DNA of 64,000 bases from Lama guanicoe (Eukaryota). Shown here piece by piece: positions 14,861 through 28,061 of this stretch. The notes under the pieces were generated by a model, which worked only from the letters and a program-made list of their open reading frames with translations, was not told the DNA's origin and did not search any database. The translations under genes and the position numbers were made by a program. Within the stretch, counting starts at the first letter, position 1; every line of letters begins with the position of its first letter. The stretch spans positions 6,123,977-6,187,976 of the forward strand of contig MU056146.1 in NCBI GenBank assembly GCA_013239625.1, read 5' to 3'.

Positions 14861-16469
14861 CTTTTTAAAAATAAAGTGGGATGATGATAAGGACACCCTC
14901 TCAAAGCCCACTAAACTCCCAAGTAAATTTTCACTGAGAAGACAGGAATACTCAGCAAGAGAACTGCTAGTGGCTTGGAACTAGGTTTCTCATTAGGCTG
15001 GGGTCTCCTACGACGTACAAAACACAGCCCATTTGGGGGCGGGAATTGGTAGAACTGGGTGCCCCAATGACACGGCCATACCTCATCACGTGTGTTGCCT
15101 AAAGGCTCCCCGGGTGGGACGAGGTGAGGACAGACCCGGACAGGCTCAGCTGGCTTTGAAAGGACAGGAGCTCCAAGTCCAGGAGATGTTGACGAGCTGG
15201 TAATTCTAGGTGCTCCTACACAGTGTATACTCAGAGCCAAAACTTCCTGGGCTGAGGTGGCCAAAGTCTACAGGCCAAGAAGCACTAGGAGATTCAAAAG
15301 ACAGAGAGAAGACGCTTGAATGAAGTGAGCTGAAATGCTGACAGCAGTTATCTGGAAGGGATGGGGCAGAGAGAGCTGTGGATATTTTATCCTCATTTCT
15401 GTTTTTTAGTATTTCACACATTTTTCTAGGAGCATGTACTGCTTTCCCAATTAGGAAAAAAAGTCTAGATTCTATTTTTGTAAAGAGACAAGGAAAGAAC
15501 AAAGTTGACAGGATTTGCCCAGAACATGACATTGTGACTGAGAAGAGATTATGGGGATAAAATGTCTGAAAATGTAGGAAATCTGTGTTCAGAACCTGGG
15601 GGGGATTCTGCTCTTCATATTTGGAATCTGCCCATTGAAATAAAATGATCATTTTTAGTATTATATATATCACATTTCACTTTAAAAGAGTACAATAAAT
15701 GAAACAACAACATCTTACTTTATAGACTTTTTGTTTTACTACTTTGGAAAGTGTTCCACTTTTTTTCTTGGCCACCAGGATGCTCAGGGCTAAATGTTGG
15801 GCTTAGTCTACATAGTATAGTATAATATACAACCATTTCCTCCCTCCATTCCTTACCTTCCATGATTTTATGTCTGCTTGGATGATTTTACTTAATATGT
15901 CTTTATTGCAAACTCCCTACAATCTTTTTGGGGAGTGGGTGAGACATAATAATAATAAGTGATCTTATTTGAGAGAAAATCTCTGTGAGGTCACAAGGAA
16001 CAGGGATTTCTCTCATTCACAAATGACAAAGCTGATGGGGTTCACTTGAACTAGAACCCAATTTTTCAGACTCCTCAGCCAGTGCTTCTGTCACTGTGCC
16101 AAGCTAAGCAGTGGGACATTATGATGGGTCTCCACAACCTCTCATCAGGGAGGGTGACAGGAGGCGCCGTACTGCTGCCCACTCCTTGTCACTCCCCGTC
16201 TGGAAAGACAGAAAGTAGTTGACTGGTGACATGCCCACATTGCTGTTTATGAAGGACCAGCTGAACAAGATGGACAAAGCCAGTGGTGACAATGAATTAT
16301 TTCCCAATCTTGATTTCAGAGCAAAGGTTAGTTCCTCCAAAGACTTGCTTCCCATCCTGGTTTGGTGACACTTTGGTTCACACTGTTTTGTCCCTGAGGG
16401 TCCTGAGTCTCTGCACACAACTGGGGAAGCCTTTTTATTGCTTTCCCTCATAGCTGGGAGTCTTGCTGG

Positions 16470-16870
16470 GTTAGTTCATTCGGGCTGCCATAACCAGGTT
16501 CCGCAGACCAGGGAGCTTAAACCACAGAAATCTGTTGTCTCACAGTCCTGGAAGCTGGAAGTCCAACATCAAAGTATCAGCAGGGTTGTTCTTTCTGAAG
16601 GTCTTGAGGGATGGATCTGTTTTAGGTCTCTCTCCCTGGTCTATAGACGGCTGTCTTCCCTCTGTGTCTTCCCATCAACTTCCCTCTGTGCGTGTCTGGG
16701 TCCAAATTTCCTCTTTTCACAAGGACCCCATCATATTGAATTAGGGCCTACCCTAATGACCTCATTTTACCTTGATTATTTATATAAAAATCTTGTCTCC
16801 AAATAAGGTCAAATTCTAAGGTCCTTGGGGTTAGGACTTCAACATGAACTTTGAGGGGAACCATGCAGTC
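16470..16870. mobile_element. MaLR solo LTR (MLT1A/B-like)
   Basis: gggctgccataac...tctcacagtcctggaagctggaagtccaacatcaa...gggttaggacttcaacatgaactttgagggga. Confidence 0.8.
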
Positions 16871-17524
16871 CCTAATGCTTGCCCTCCATCTCCTGGTTTG
16901 GACAATAGCTCCCACAGAGACCCCCATTACAAGGTGCCCAGGGCATCCAAGCTGTTCAGGGCACACTCACCCTTCTTGAGCCAGCAGCTGACCTGCCTCC
17001 TGGGTCAGAAAAATCTCAGCTAGAACCCCAGCTCCACTACTGACCACATGACCTTTGGCAATTTCCTCCATCTCCCTGAGGTTTGGTTTCTTCATGTGAA
17101 ACTACCTCCCACCTAATAGGATCATTATAAGGAATAAGAGCCACAGTGTCTGTGAAGTGCTGGCACCAGGAAGAATCAGTGAGGTGAGGCCAAGGCTGAT
17201 ACTTAACCAAACTGCTGACTTTTGCTGGGAGATGCCAGGCCTGTTCTACCTCTGAGCTGCTGGGTCAGTCACACCCAGACAGTCCCTGGGCCTCCTCTCT
17301 GAGGGCCACATCCTCCTCCCCTGAGCACCTTTCAGAGCTCATGTCAATGTCTTGTGTCCAAAGAAAGAAAGAAGTTCTTTCTCAGCTTCCTTCATGCCTG
17401 GTGACCTCAACAACCTAACTGGGTTTGGGTCTTGATTCAGGGACGACACAGCTCCAATGTCTGAGGTTTGGCAATTCAGCCTCATTTCTTCACCTATGGT
17501 TCCCTTTACAAAGCATTAATCTTA

Positions 17525-17905
17525 TGCGTGAGGGTTGATTTTATGTGAGGTTGACTGGGCCACAGGTGTCCAGATATTGGCTAAACATTATTTTGGGTGT
17601 TTCTCCAAGGGTGTTTTTGGATGAGGTTAACATTCAAGTCAGTAGTCTGAGTAAAGCAGATTGCCCTCTCTCATGGGGAGGGCCTCGCCAAATCAGTTGA
17701 AGGCTCGAACAGTACAAAAGGTTGGTCTTCCCCCAAGTAAGACAGTATACTTCCTGCCCGAAAGCCTGACAACAGGGACATCAGCTTCTCTGTCCCCCAC
17801 CCTGCCTTTGGACTCGAAATGAAGCATCAGCTCTTCCTGGGTCTCAGCCTGCTGGCCTTCAGACCAGAACTACAGCAGAGGCCCTCCCAGGTCTGCTTCT
17901 GACTC
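17525..17905 (+). mobile_element. ERVL LTR (MLT2-like)
   Basis: ggttgattttatgtg...gactgggccacagg...ccagatattggctaaacattattttgggtgt...gagtaaagcagattgccct. Confidence 0.8.
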
Positions 17906-18964
17906 ACTCTNNNNNNNNNNNNNNNNNNNNNNNNNNNNNNNNNNNNNNNNNNNNNNNNNNNNNNNNNNNNNNNNNNNNNNNNNNNNNNNNNNNNNNNNNN
18001 NNNNNNNNNNNNNNNNNNNNNNNNNNNNNNNNNNNNNNNNNNNNNNNGACCGCCTCCAGCACAACTGTAGGTGCCACCACCCAAATCTCGACCAGTGGGT
18101 CTGCATTCCAGCAAACTCTGACACCAACTTTAAGGAACTATTGTAACCATTGTTCATGTGGTTCCGAACAAGAGGAAGGCATTCCTCCTCAGCCTCCATG
18201 GTCCCCCTTTAATACATGGTAGGAGATGGTAGGGCTTTATCCCTGACTTGTAGAGGGAGGGACAGAGACTTAACAATAAGCTTGCTCAAGTTGTGTGTGG
18301 ACAAGAAGGGAGCAAGCTACAGACATTGATGCCAAGCCTCTTGCTCAATGTCTGTGCAGCATGACAAGCCCCCTAGACACCTACTGGATGACGCTGGCCT
18401 CATACATACACAGGCTGGGCCAGTCTTGGGCGGGGTGACCCTCCCCTCTCAGTCAGTGTGTGTCTGCCCAGGTGGAGGAGGGGACCCCTGCACCTGTGCT
18501 CCCAGCTGGAGTCTTGACAGTATATCAGCGCCACTAGTCCACACAGAACAGGGAGAGAAAGCAGGACAGAGGACGGGTCTCTAATGGACCAGTCCCCAGA
18601 GTGCCTTCTGTGGGACATTGGTCCTGGGTCACCCTACTGAGAAAAAAACCCTGAGTGCCTCAATCAATGAATTTGGGGAAATACTCCTTAGGAGAAACCT
18701 ATCTTGGGAGCAAAATCCATAAAAAAGGCTCTAGAAGTACCATAGGAATCTGCTTAACTTTATCTTATTAGACCTGTAAACCCTAGCCCTCATCTTTTAA
18801 TTTTATTTCCCCATATTACCAATTAACATCCCACATCCTTTGGAATCAGTAATGTTCCACAGAACATGTGCAGGAAAACACTGGTCAAAACCATTATTGA
18901 GCAAGAATTAATATTGAATTTTCTTTTTCCTCATTTTAGCTGAGTCTTGATTTAAAAAAAAAAG

Positions 18965-19150
18965 GCAACATTTACTTAGAGCTTACCATAAGCTAGTCAG
19001 TGGTAAGTGCTTAACTCTGGTAATCCTCAGGACCACCGAGGTATTGGGAACCATCAGCACCCCCATTTTACAGACAAGACCGAGGCAAAGGAAAGTTAAG
19101 AAACTTGCCGGGTGTCAAACAGCTAGTAAGTGTAGACTGAACTAAGACAC
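18965..19150 (-). mobile_element. MIR SINE
   Basis: cccccattttacagac...gaggcaaaggaaagttaagaaacttgcc. Confidence 0.7.
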
Positions 19151-19844
19151 AATTCACCTCTGGTAGCTTAATTCCCTTGTCTTTTTTCTAGTTGCTCAAA
19201 TCCAAATAATACCATCAAGCTGCAGATTCTATAGTCCAAAGGGAACTGTAATTGGAGTATTTGTCAGATAATTTTCAAATACCATCACTAATCCTAGAAA
19301 GATGCTAAGTTTTAAAGGAGACAGAATAATGAGCTTTGCCCTTGCCCTCTTGCTATTTTTTTGGAGAGCAATTTGGTGAACCGCCGCGGTTTCACTTTTC
19401 TTTATACACTCCTGTACTGCCTGCGTTTTCTGCAAGGTGCAGCTGTTATCTTCGCAAATAGGAAAAAAAATTTACAAAGTGCCCTGGGGTCCAGGTGGTG
19501 GTCAGGGGAAGGTAGACATGGGGAAGGACAAAGGAGATGGTCTCTGCCAAAATGAGGTGGTTATGTCCAAACCCTGGGGGCTGCACTGCTGTTCAGGCCT
19601 GTGCTGGAGATATCTAGAACAGATCTGTCTACCGGGGCGACATACCTGGACAGAGGAGATGGAGCTATCTGACAAATGGCACAGTCCCTCCGATGCCAAA
19701 AGGCCCCACATGGAGGGCAGACAGAGACCTCAGAAAGAGAACATGGATTTAGGGACTTCATGGTCTCTGGAAGTGGAGCACATGCAATTTGCTGGTTAGT
19801 TCCTAGTGAGCGCTAGTTGAAGTAATAGCGCTAGTTAAAGTGCT

Positions 19845-20215
19845 AGTTTCCCACTGCTGCTGTAACAAATCACCGTAACTTAATGCCTTAAAAAGACACA
19901 GGTTTATTATCTCAGACTTCTGGAAGTCAGCAGTTTGAAATCAGTTTCACTGGGCTAAAGTCAAGGTGTTGGCAGGGCTGGTTCCTCCCAGAGTCTCAAG
20001 GAGAGAAGTCACTTCCTTGCCTTTTCCATCCTGGAAAAGCTGCCCATGTTCCTTGGTTTGTGGCCCCTTCCTGCATCTTGCAAGTGCATCAACCCAATCT
20101 CTGCTTCAGTCATTACATCACTTTCTTCTCTGACTCTTACCCCTCCTGCATCTTTCTATCAGGACCACTGACTACATCAGCCTGCCTGGATAATCAAGAA
20201 TGGTCTCCCACTCAG
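19845..20215. mobile_element. MaLR solo LTR (MLT1)
   Basis: ctgctgctgtaacaaatcacc...tcactgggctaaagtcaaggtgttggcagggctg. Confidence 0.8.
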
Positions 20216-20879
20216 GAGACCTACCACTCCAAGGAACAGAGGCTGTTTCCTGTGAATACTAGGCAATGCAAGTGCTAAAGATGTAATCTTGATCCCATCA
20301 GTTGGTGACGAAGGAAATGGAAATGATCAGCAATGATGACCAAGAGGATGGTGGGGTGGACAACAGGACTCACGGCCGAGTTCTCAGGCTGTCCCAAGGC
20401 CAGCATGACCCAGAAACTTGCTTGGTCAGATCGCACTGATCTGGTCGTAAACTAAACCAACGCCAAGAGAATGAATGACAAACCTGCATCCAAATTCTAC
20501 CTGTGCTCATGGGGAACCTCTCCAGACTTGTGACAAGGAAATGGTGACAAGGAGAATGGGGACATGCATACAGCTAGGAGGGAGAAGACCACAGACTGAT
20601 TCAGGGAAAGGCAACTTTGTTAATTTTCTAATCTTGTGAGACCAGCTTGCTGAAAGCAGCACACACTTCACTGAAACACTTGGCAGCATTTGTGTCCCCA
20701 ACTCCAAGCAGAGTTGGGTCACTTTGAGTGTGGAGCTCGAGTGCCACATGCACTCTGCCTGATGCCCAGCTGCGGTCTTGGCTCAGACAACCCCATGAAA
20801 GGCAACAGAGACCCTCCCCACAGTAAGAGCGCATGGCTGGACAGGAGCCAGGACCCGATAGGCAGCATGCAGCCTCGGG

Positions 20880-21690
20880 GATCCCTCGGGCTGCCTCTCA
20901 CAGCCCCCACGTTCTTCTGACCCACCCCCTTTTTCATCCTTGGCAACCACTTGTCTGCTCTGTTTGTATACCTTTGTCACTTCAGGAACGCTATATGAAT
21001 GGAATCGTACAGTATGTCACCTTTTGGGATGGGCTCTTTCCACCCAGCATGGTCTGTGGAGTCACAGGTGTCGCGTGCACCTGTGGTTCCTGCCTGTCTG
21101 TTGCTGAGTAGCACCTATGGCCCGGAGGCAGCACTCTGTTGAAGAGCTTCTTGGAGGTTTCCAGTTTTGAGCTATTACATGTAAAGCTGCTGTGAACATG
21201 TGTGCACGGGCTGTTGTGTGGCTAAGTGTAGGCTCTCATGTCTCTGGGATGAATGTCTAGGAGTGCAATCCCTGGGTTCCATGGTCATCACTTACTTGGC
21301 TTCTTCAGGAAACTCCAAACTGTTTTTTTGCGGAACATCTGCGCCAATTAACTTTCCCACCAGCAATTTACCAGTGACTCGGTTTCTCCATATTGTCACC
21401 AGCATGTGGTGGTGTCACTATCCTCTCCAGCAACACATTTCCCCAAGTCTTTGCCCATGTTCTAATTGGATCGATTTTTTTTTTCACTGTTGAGTTTTGA
21501 GTGTTCTTTATATATTCTAGATACTACTGCTTTGTTGGATATATTGGTTTGCAAGTATTTTCTCCTGGTCTGTAGCTTGTATTTTCATTCTCATAACAGG
21601 GTCTTCTCAGAGCTGAAGTCTTAACTTTTACTTTTTAAATTCAATGTGCCAATTTGTTCTTTTATGGGTCATGTTTTTGTTGTCAAGTCC
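20880..21690 (-). mobile_element. Old L1 (L1M) 3' fragment
   Basis: atgaatggaatcgtacagtatgtcaccttttggga; gttctttatatattctagatact. Confidence 0.75.
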
Positions 21691-22034
21691 AGGCTCCCCA
21701 GTGGCCATCACGGGCAGGACTCTTGCTAGGTCAGCATGGATGGAAGTCCTGCCCTCTTCAGTCCTTTCCTGACACCACCTTGGCAAGTGTGTGGGAGCCC
21801 TGCTCCAGCCTTGAGAGGGTGGGGGTCTAGCTCCCCACCTGGCCGTTGCTGCTGTGGGTGTGGGTGGGGCTGCAGGTTCTTCTGTGGTGTTGGCTTGAGT
21901 AGAGCCATTACTGCCCCAGTTTTTCCTGTCTTGCTATGCTGCCTTTTTTACTTTCCTTTGGCTAAAAAACAGCTTCTGTTCCTTAATTTTTTTAAACTGT
22001 GGTTAAATAGGGTAACATAAAAGTTACCATGTTA

Positions 22035-22146
22035 TGTATGACTGAAGCATTGTGCTGTACTCCAGAAACTGACACAACATTGTAAACTGATTATACTTCA
22101 ATAAAAAAAAATACAAAAACCAACAAAAAAACCAACCAAACAAACA
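22035..22146 (+). mobile_element. Severely 5'-truncated young L1 with 16-bp target-site duplication (TSD), nested in an older antisense L1
   Basis: TSD aaaagttaccatgtta at 22019-22034 and 22147-22162; L1 3' terminus, AATAAA and A-rich tail. Confidence 0.85.
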
Positions 22147-23214
22147 AAAAGTTACCATGTTAAAGTGTATGTTCTGTGGCATTAATTCTATTCACATTAT
22201 TGCACAGTCATCACCACCATCCAGCCCCACAGCATTTTCACTGTGCCCAACTGAAACTCTGGACCAGTTAAGCACTAACTCTCCATTTCCCATTCCTCCC
22301 TCACTCCTTCCAGGCCCTGGCAACCACCATTCTACTTTCTGTCTCTATAAATTTGACTGCTCTAGGAATTTATATAAGTGAAACCACACAGGATTTATTT
22401 TTTTGTGACTGGCTCGTTTCATTGAGCACATCCTCAAGGTTCATCCATGTTGTAGCACGTGTCAGAATTTCCTACCTTTANNNNNNNNNNNNNNNNNNNN
22501 NNNNNNNNNNNNNNNNNNNNNNNNNNNNNNNNNNNNNNNNNNNNNNNNNNNNNNNNNNNNNNNNNNNNNNNNNNNNNNNNNNNNNNNNNNNNNNNNNNNN
22601 NNNNNNNNNNNNNNNNNNNNNNNNNNNNNNNNNTTTTGGGCATATCCCCCCAAAATGGAACTGCTGGATCCAGTGGTAATTCTATGTTTAATTTTTGAGG
22701 AACTACCGTATCATCTTCCACAAGAGCTGCACAATTTTACATTCTTACCAACAATGCACAAGGGTTCCAATTTCTTCACATCCTTACCAAAACTTTTTTT
22801 TTGATAATAACTATAATAATGGGTGCGAAGTGGTATTGATTTTTTTGAGGGGGTCTTTCCCTGTAGTTGTTTCCATGTTGCTGGCTTCTTCACCTCCAAA
22901 TATGGGATCTATGAGGCAAAGAAAGCCGGGGAACTTACCCACTGTATTGTTCTTTGGGTCCCAAGGTCCCTAGCTGGTCTTCTTTCTTCACTTTACCATT
23001 CAGAGTCTTCTTACGTTTGTTTGCTTTTTTTCATGTATAACGTCCAGGGGTTTTAGTTGTATTTAGCACATTATTCACACTTTTCTTTATCTTGTGCTTT
23101 TAACTTATGGTATCTTGACAGAACAGAGATATTAATTCCTTTTTGTGGCTACATAGTACTCCACTCTGTGCACGTACAAAAGTGTGCAAATGATCCTGTT
23201 GATGGAAATAAAAA

Positions 23215-23900
23215 AATTTTTTGATTGAATACCATCAGTTGAATGTGTCATTCATTCATCACTGAAATACCATCAGTTACAATGTGTCAATTTCTGGTGT
23301 ACAGCACAATGTCCCAGTCATGTATATACATACATATATTGATTTTCATATTCTTTTTCATTAAAGATTATTAAGATATTGAACATAGTTCCCTGTGCTA
23401 TACAGCAGAAATTTTTTTAAAAAATCTATTTTTATATATAGTGGCTAACATTTGCAAATCTCAAACTCCCAAATTTATCCCTTCCCATCCCATTTTCCTG
23501 GTAACCATAAGATTGTTTACTATGTCTGCAAGTCTGTTTCTGTTTTGTAGATGAGTTCAGTGTCCTTTTTTTTCTTTTTTTTTAAGATTCCACATGAGTG
23601 ATATCNNNNNNNNNNNNNNNNNNNNNNNNNNNNNNNNNNNNNNNNNNNNNNNNNNNNNNNNNNNNNNNNNNNNNNNNNNNNNNNNNNNNNNNNNNNNNNN
23701 NNNNNNNNNNNNNNNNNNNNNNNNNNNNNNNNNNNNNNNNNNTTCTTTATCCACTCATCTGTCGATGGACATTTAGGTTGCTTCCATGTCTTGGCTATTG
23801 TATATAATGCTGCTATGAACACTGAGGTGCATGTATCTTTTCAAATTAGAGTTTCCTCCGGATGTATGCCCAGAAGTGGGATTGCTGAATCATACAGTAA
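23215..23900 (-). mobile_element. Young lineage-specific L1 3' end
   Basis: ORF 23520..23822 MFIAALYTIAKTWKQPKCPSTDEWIK is the L1 ORF2 C-terminus; 3' UTR similar to the copy at 34995-35440. Confidence 0.9.
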
Positions 23901-23964
23901 GTCTTATTCTCAAATAGAGTTTTAATGCCAAAGTTACTTCAAAACAATTTTCCCAAAGAAGGAA

Positions 23965-24145
23965 TAGGAAGTTTCTGTTTAATGGGTATAGAGTTTCTGT
24001 TTGGGGAGATGAAAAAATTCTGTGGATAAATGATGGTGATGGTTGTACAACAACGAAAATGTACTTAGTGCTACTGAGCTATACATTTAAAAATGGTTAA
24101 AATGGTAAACTGCATGTTATGAATATTTTATCTCAATAAAAAAGA
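23965..24145 (+). mobile_element. L1MA/MB-type 3' terminus
   Basis: tttaatgggtatagagtttctgtttgggg...tggtgatggttgtacaaca...aaaatggttaaaatggtaaa...aataaa. Confidence 0.8.
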
Positions 24146-24157
24146 ATAAGATCTATG

Positions 24158-24300
24158 CTGGTGTGGAGGGTAGAGCTCAGTGGCAGAGCCCCTGCTTAGC
24201 ATGCACGAGGCTGTGGGTTTAACCTCCAGTACCTCCATTAAAAAAAATATATGAAAAAAAAGTAAAAGCTGATTACCTCCCCTCCACACTCATGTACAAA
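24158..24300 (+). mobile_element. tRNA-derived SINE (camelid Vic-1-like) with 10-bp TSD
   Basis: A box agctcagtggcagagc, degenerate B box, tail attacctcccc; TSD aagatctatg at 24148-24157 and 24301-24310. Confidence 0.85.
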
Positions 24301-25739
24301 AAGATCTATGGAAAACATTAAAACATTTACCGAAAAATAGCGATAAACATTTCTCAATGTTAAAAAAAACCCATCTTTTTCCAAACTGCTACTTTAATGT
24401 GTAACTTTGTATCAAAATTAAAATTTTATACAGCAGCTAAATGAAGTTTTTAATTGATGTGAATGTGTTTCAGTGCAGGGTCAAAAGATGTCTTCAACTT
24501 AGGGATGACCCCTTTCTCTACTGTTGTACTTAATGAAGCTGGTCACCTTCCAGACTGAATCTTATCTGACATGAAATCTATATAAATTACTTCCCAAGTT
24601 TAACCATGAGATAGCAAGTTAGCTCTCTCTAGACTTATATTTATCTAACTACATGATGACTTGAATTTTATGGCTTCTGAATGAAGCATTTATGACTAGG
24701 AAATCCAGCTCAGTTGACAAAGGAGACAAACTCTTGGACCCATCTCTGCTGATGTCAGAGTTTATTATCCAGGGCTGGGATGGCAGAAACTCAGGGCAAA
24801 CCTCGATAGAGAATGTTCTCGAGCCTCAAGTCTGGACCTACTAATAAGTGGGCTGCAGATGGCTGAGCATCATTCTTGTGTCTTCTTCATGACCTTGTCT
24901 CCACCTGTAAATTCAACCTTACCCACTGACGGACAATGTCCCAAAGATGCTGAAAGATCCTTGGCATCTGGATGCTCAGGACGTACACAGTATCACGCTT
25001 CCTTTCCTCAAATGGTTATGAAAAAAGCAGCCTTCAAAACCCTTCAAATAGGAAAAATGGCTATTTCATTTCCTGTGGAAAGACTCCTCTTCCTTCCATC
25101 ACTGGAACTGTCTGGGGCTGAGTGACAAGGAACTGACTCACCTGCTGGGGCACAGGGCACACCAGAGGCAGGACCAGTACCTGCAGTCTGAGCCATTGCT
25201 TGGCTGGGGTTCGGGGTCTGTGATGGTGGAGTGCACAGGGAGTGTGTGCACACCTGGCCCCGATGCACTGCTGAGAGGTGACCTCCTTGCCCCGGCGCAG
25301 TCACCTCAAAGGCCAGCAGAGAGATCATCAAGACAGAAGCCTTGATATAGTTGAAGAGGTAAAGACAGAGGTATCACAAGACTACGCGGACTTGTGAGCA
25401 ATAAACAGAATTCAGAGCCAGACACCAGCGCAACAAAGCATCTATCCAAGCCCTCTGGAAGACCCAGCCCCTAGACCTGTCTCTTAAAAAGTAAACCACA
25501 GAAACTTACATAAAGGTGGAGAAACGGGTATAATGAGTCCCCACTGACCCAACCTCAGCTTTAACAATTATCAACATTTGTTAATTTTGTTTCATCTACT
25601 TATCCTCTTCTTCCCTCTCAAGTGTTTTAAAGCAAATTTCATATAACACATTATTTTACCCCCTAAATTTCAATATCCTTCCCCTCTTAGGACTGTCAAA
25701 CAATAAATACCCAATACTCACTACAAGAAAATCAGCAAT

Positions 25740-26879
25740 GTTATTTTTAATACAGACGTGGTACAGAATGTTTAATTACAGCAGGGCAGAGATTCTAGTT
25801 AAATAAAATTAAAAACCTTTATTTTTCCCAAATATAAAATTACTAAATTAATGTCTGAAAAGAAAATATAACATGGTGAAAGCTTTAAATGACACCACTA
25901 TTCACCACAAGATTTAAGATTTACCAATGACAAACTCCACCATTTTGGCAAAAGGATGAAATTTTTAAAACAGTTTATAAACCTAACACAGCAAAGACTG
26001 TATACATCTTCATATTGCACTTTTTATTTACAAGAATAAAACAGTAAAGTCAAGTGTATTGCATATACTAAGAACAGCACAAATCCGTCACAATTAAACT
26101 TTACGCAGAAGCTGATGTGAGCATTAAAAATGTAGAAATGTCATACGTGTATGTACACAACGCCAAGACTGTATCAACAAACTCTATGTACATAACAGCA
26201 TACTGGACTACTTTAAATTTTTAGCATAGTCGTGTTTAATACAGGCCTTTGGTTCTAAACTGCTGGACTAGCTTTAAGCTCACATAGTTTCTTAGGCTTT
26301 CGTATTTTTTTAGTGCAAGTTAGATGAGTATAAAAGCACTAAACCTCCCGGTTCACTGGTACAAAATTACAATGGTCAGTCCCTTTAGGTCATCAAAAAC
26401 TAGTCACAAAAATAGTTCTTGTATTCAACCTGAATGTGCCACAGGAAAAAAAAATATTTTCAAGATTCTCCAGCTTAGCCTAGAGGCAAAAAGTTACCCC
26501 GGCCTCAATTTCAGTGCCACGTACATTCCAGAACACTTGTTTTCTCCAGGCCATTTATTTTTAATACTACTTTGTAAGGAAGAATAAAATGTAACTCCAG
26601 CTTAAGAGTGTCCGCCACACATGTCTGGTAAGACAGAATGAAAATGTTGAATATTGCCAGTGAGATTTAAAAAAATACATATACCCTCTTATGACTCCTC
26701 TAGAAAATCTGCTGTGAAATAACATGGTTCTTTATTTTCCTTTTCTTCGGTTCCCCTCGACGACTTCTCCTTGTGCTTGGTCTCCCCTGTGTCTTGCACG
26801 AGCCTAGTGATTGGCTTTGGAAATCATCCTGAGTTTGCAAATGACAAAGCAAGTCCCCACACTTGGTCCATGAGGCGAA
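25740..26879 (-). other. DOCK9: DOCK9 3' UTR (3' end approximate)
   Basis: AT-rich sequence with no recognisable repeats after the stop. AATAAA at 26028-26023 and 25823-25818; ATTAAA at 25776-25771 and 25751-25746. Confidence 0.8.
25818..25823 (-). terminator. Candidate polyadenylation signal AATAAA
   Basis: tttatt on the + strand, ~1.06 kb past the stop codon. Confidence 0.55.
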
Positions 26880-27002
26880 TCACACCACAGAGGACGAGCT
26901 GGTCATGCCGTGAACCATCGTGCTTGTTGGAGTCCCACTGATGGCGTTGAAGATGTGCAGGGAATTCGGTAAAACGCTCGTCTTCTCCTCCAGGGGGCAA
27001 AT
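26880..27002 (-). CDS. DOCK9: DOCK9 terminal coding exon (ICPLEEKTSVLPNSLHIFNAISGTPTSTMVHGMTSSSSVV*)
   Basis: ccttgag|ATT; TGA at 26882-26880; lies within ORF 26880..27074. Confidence 0.95.
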   Translation of the reverse strand: MCPLEEKTSVLPNSLHIFNAISGTPTSTMVHGMTSSSSVV

Positions 27003-28061
27003 CTCAAGGCACAGAAACACAACGTTACCGAAGCATAATGCCCTGAATGATACTCCTTGTAACTTATCATCCACTGGCCAATGTCACGTGAATGATGGTG
27101 CCCTCAGATAGCTCTGGGTCTGGCAGTTTGCAGAGGGAATGTGTCAGCTCATCTAATAAATGCCTTTTTCAGATCAGGACTTTAAAAAGAAAGTCAAGAA
27201 CAACATGTTTTGTTTCCTTTACAAGTTAGGGAATGGAGAGCCTTTCACACTCACCAGATTATAAGGCACCTTGAAGTCTCTCCTACACATACTTGATGGG
27301 GACACGACCTGGCCATGTCCCTTGGGAAAGTCTTTTTTAAATGAATCTGGAGCATCTGTGTTCTCTACTAGATCCTTTTCTCAGGGTCTTACAGATTCTT
27401 ACAGGTCTTTCCATCCTAGGAGAGACAGAGGGGCTGCCTGTCCAACCCTGAACAAATCTCTCGCACACTCAGTAATGCAGGAAAGAATTCTAAGTGCCAG
27501 ACTGGACCTGTTGCCAGGTGGAAACTGAGAAGAACATGCACACTCAGAGGTTCCCCTGGAAAAACCAAAACCAAGGCTGCTCCAAGTCATGACCCCTTCT
27601 GCTGAAGGGCTCAAATAACTTTAATCTTCATAGTTGTTGAGATTATGGAAAGTTCAGGTGCAATTTAGAGCACAGCACTGCATTGTGTCCATACGATCTG
27701 GGAGTTTATTTGAATACTTTCAGCCCATCATTTTTTTCTACTTTCATCTTTTCCAGTGCCAAATGCTGGCACCCTCTGATCAAGCTCACCATCCTAGAGG
27801 AGTATGGAGGCCCGTAGAAAAGACCTTTCTCCAAAATCTTGTTCCTGTGAGACACTTCCTTTCTGCTCAATTATTCACATATTTATTTCTTTAATCATTT
27901 CCATCTTTTTTCCCTACTTTTCTAAATGCCCAAGAGAGGGCTGCCTTCTTCTGCACATGCACTGTCACTATGCCTAGGTCTGCAGGTGCCCAAACTCAGA
28001 AATAACTTTATGTGAGCCAGTTATCAAGATCCAGAGAAATAAAATTTAAAAATGACATTAC

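Noticed and set aside
19805-19850. Short repeated gctagtt units resembling a mini array
   Set aside because: Only three degenerate 7-14 bp units at an LTR edge; not CRISPR-like.
1-25700. Neighbouring gene exons (SLC15A1 is recalled as the downstream neighbour) or a processed pseudogene
   Set aside because: No recognisable coding sequence; the region is mostly transposon remnants.
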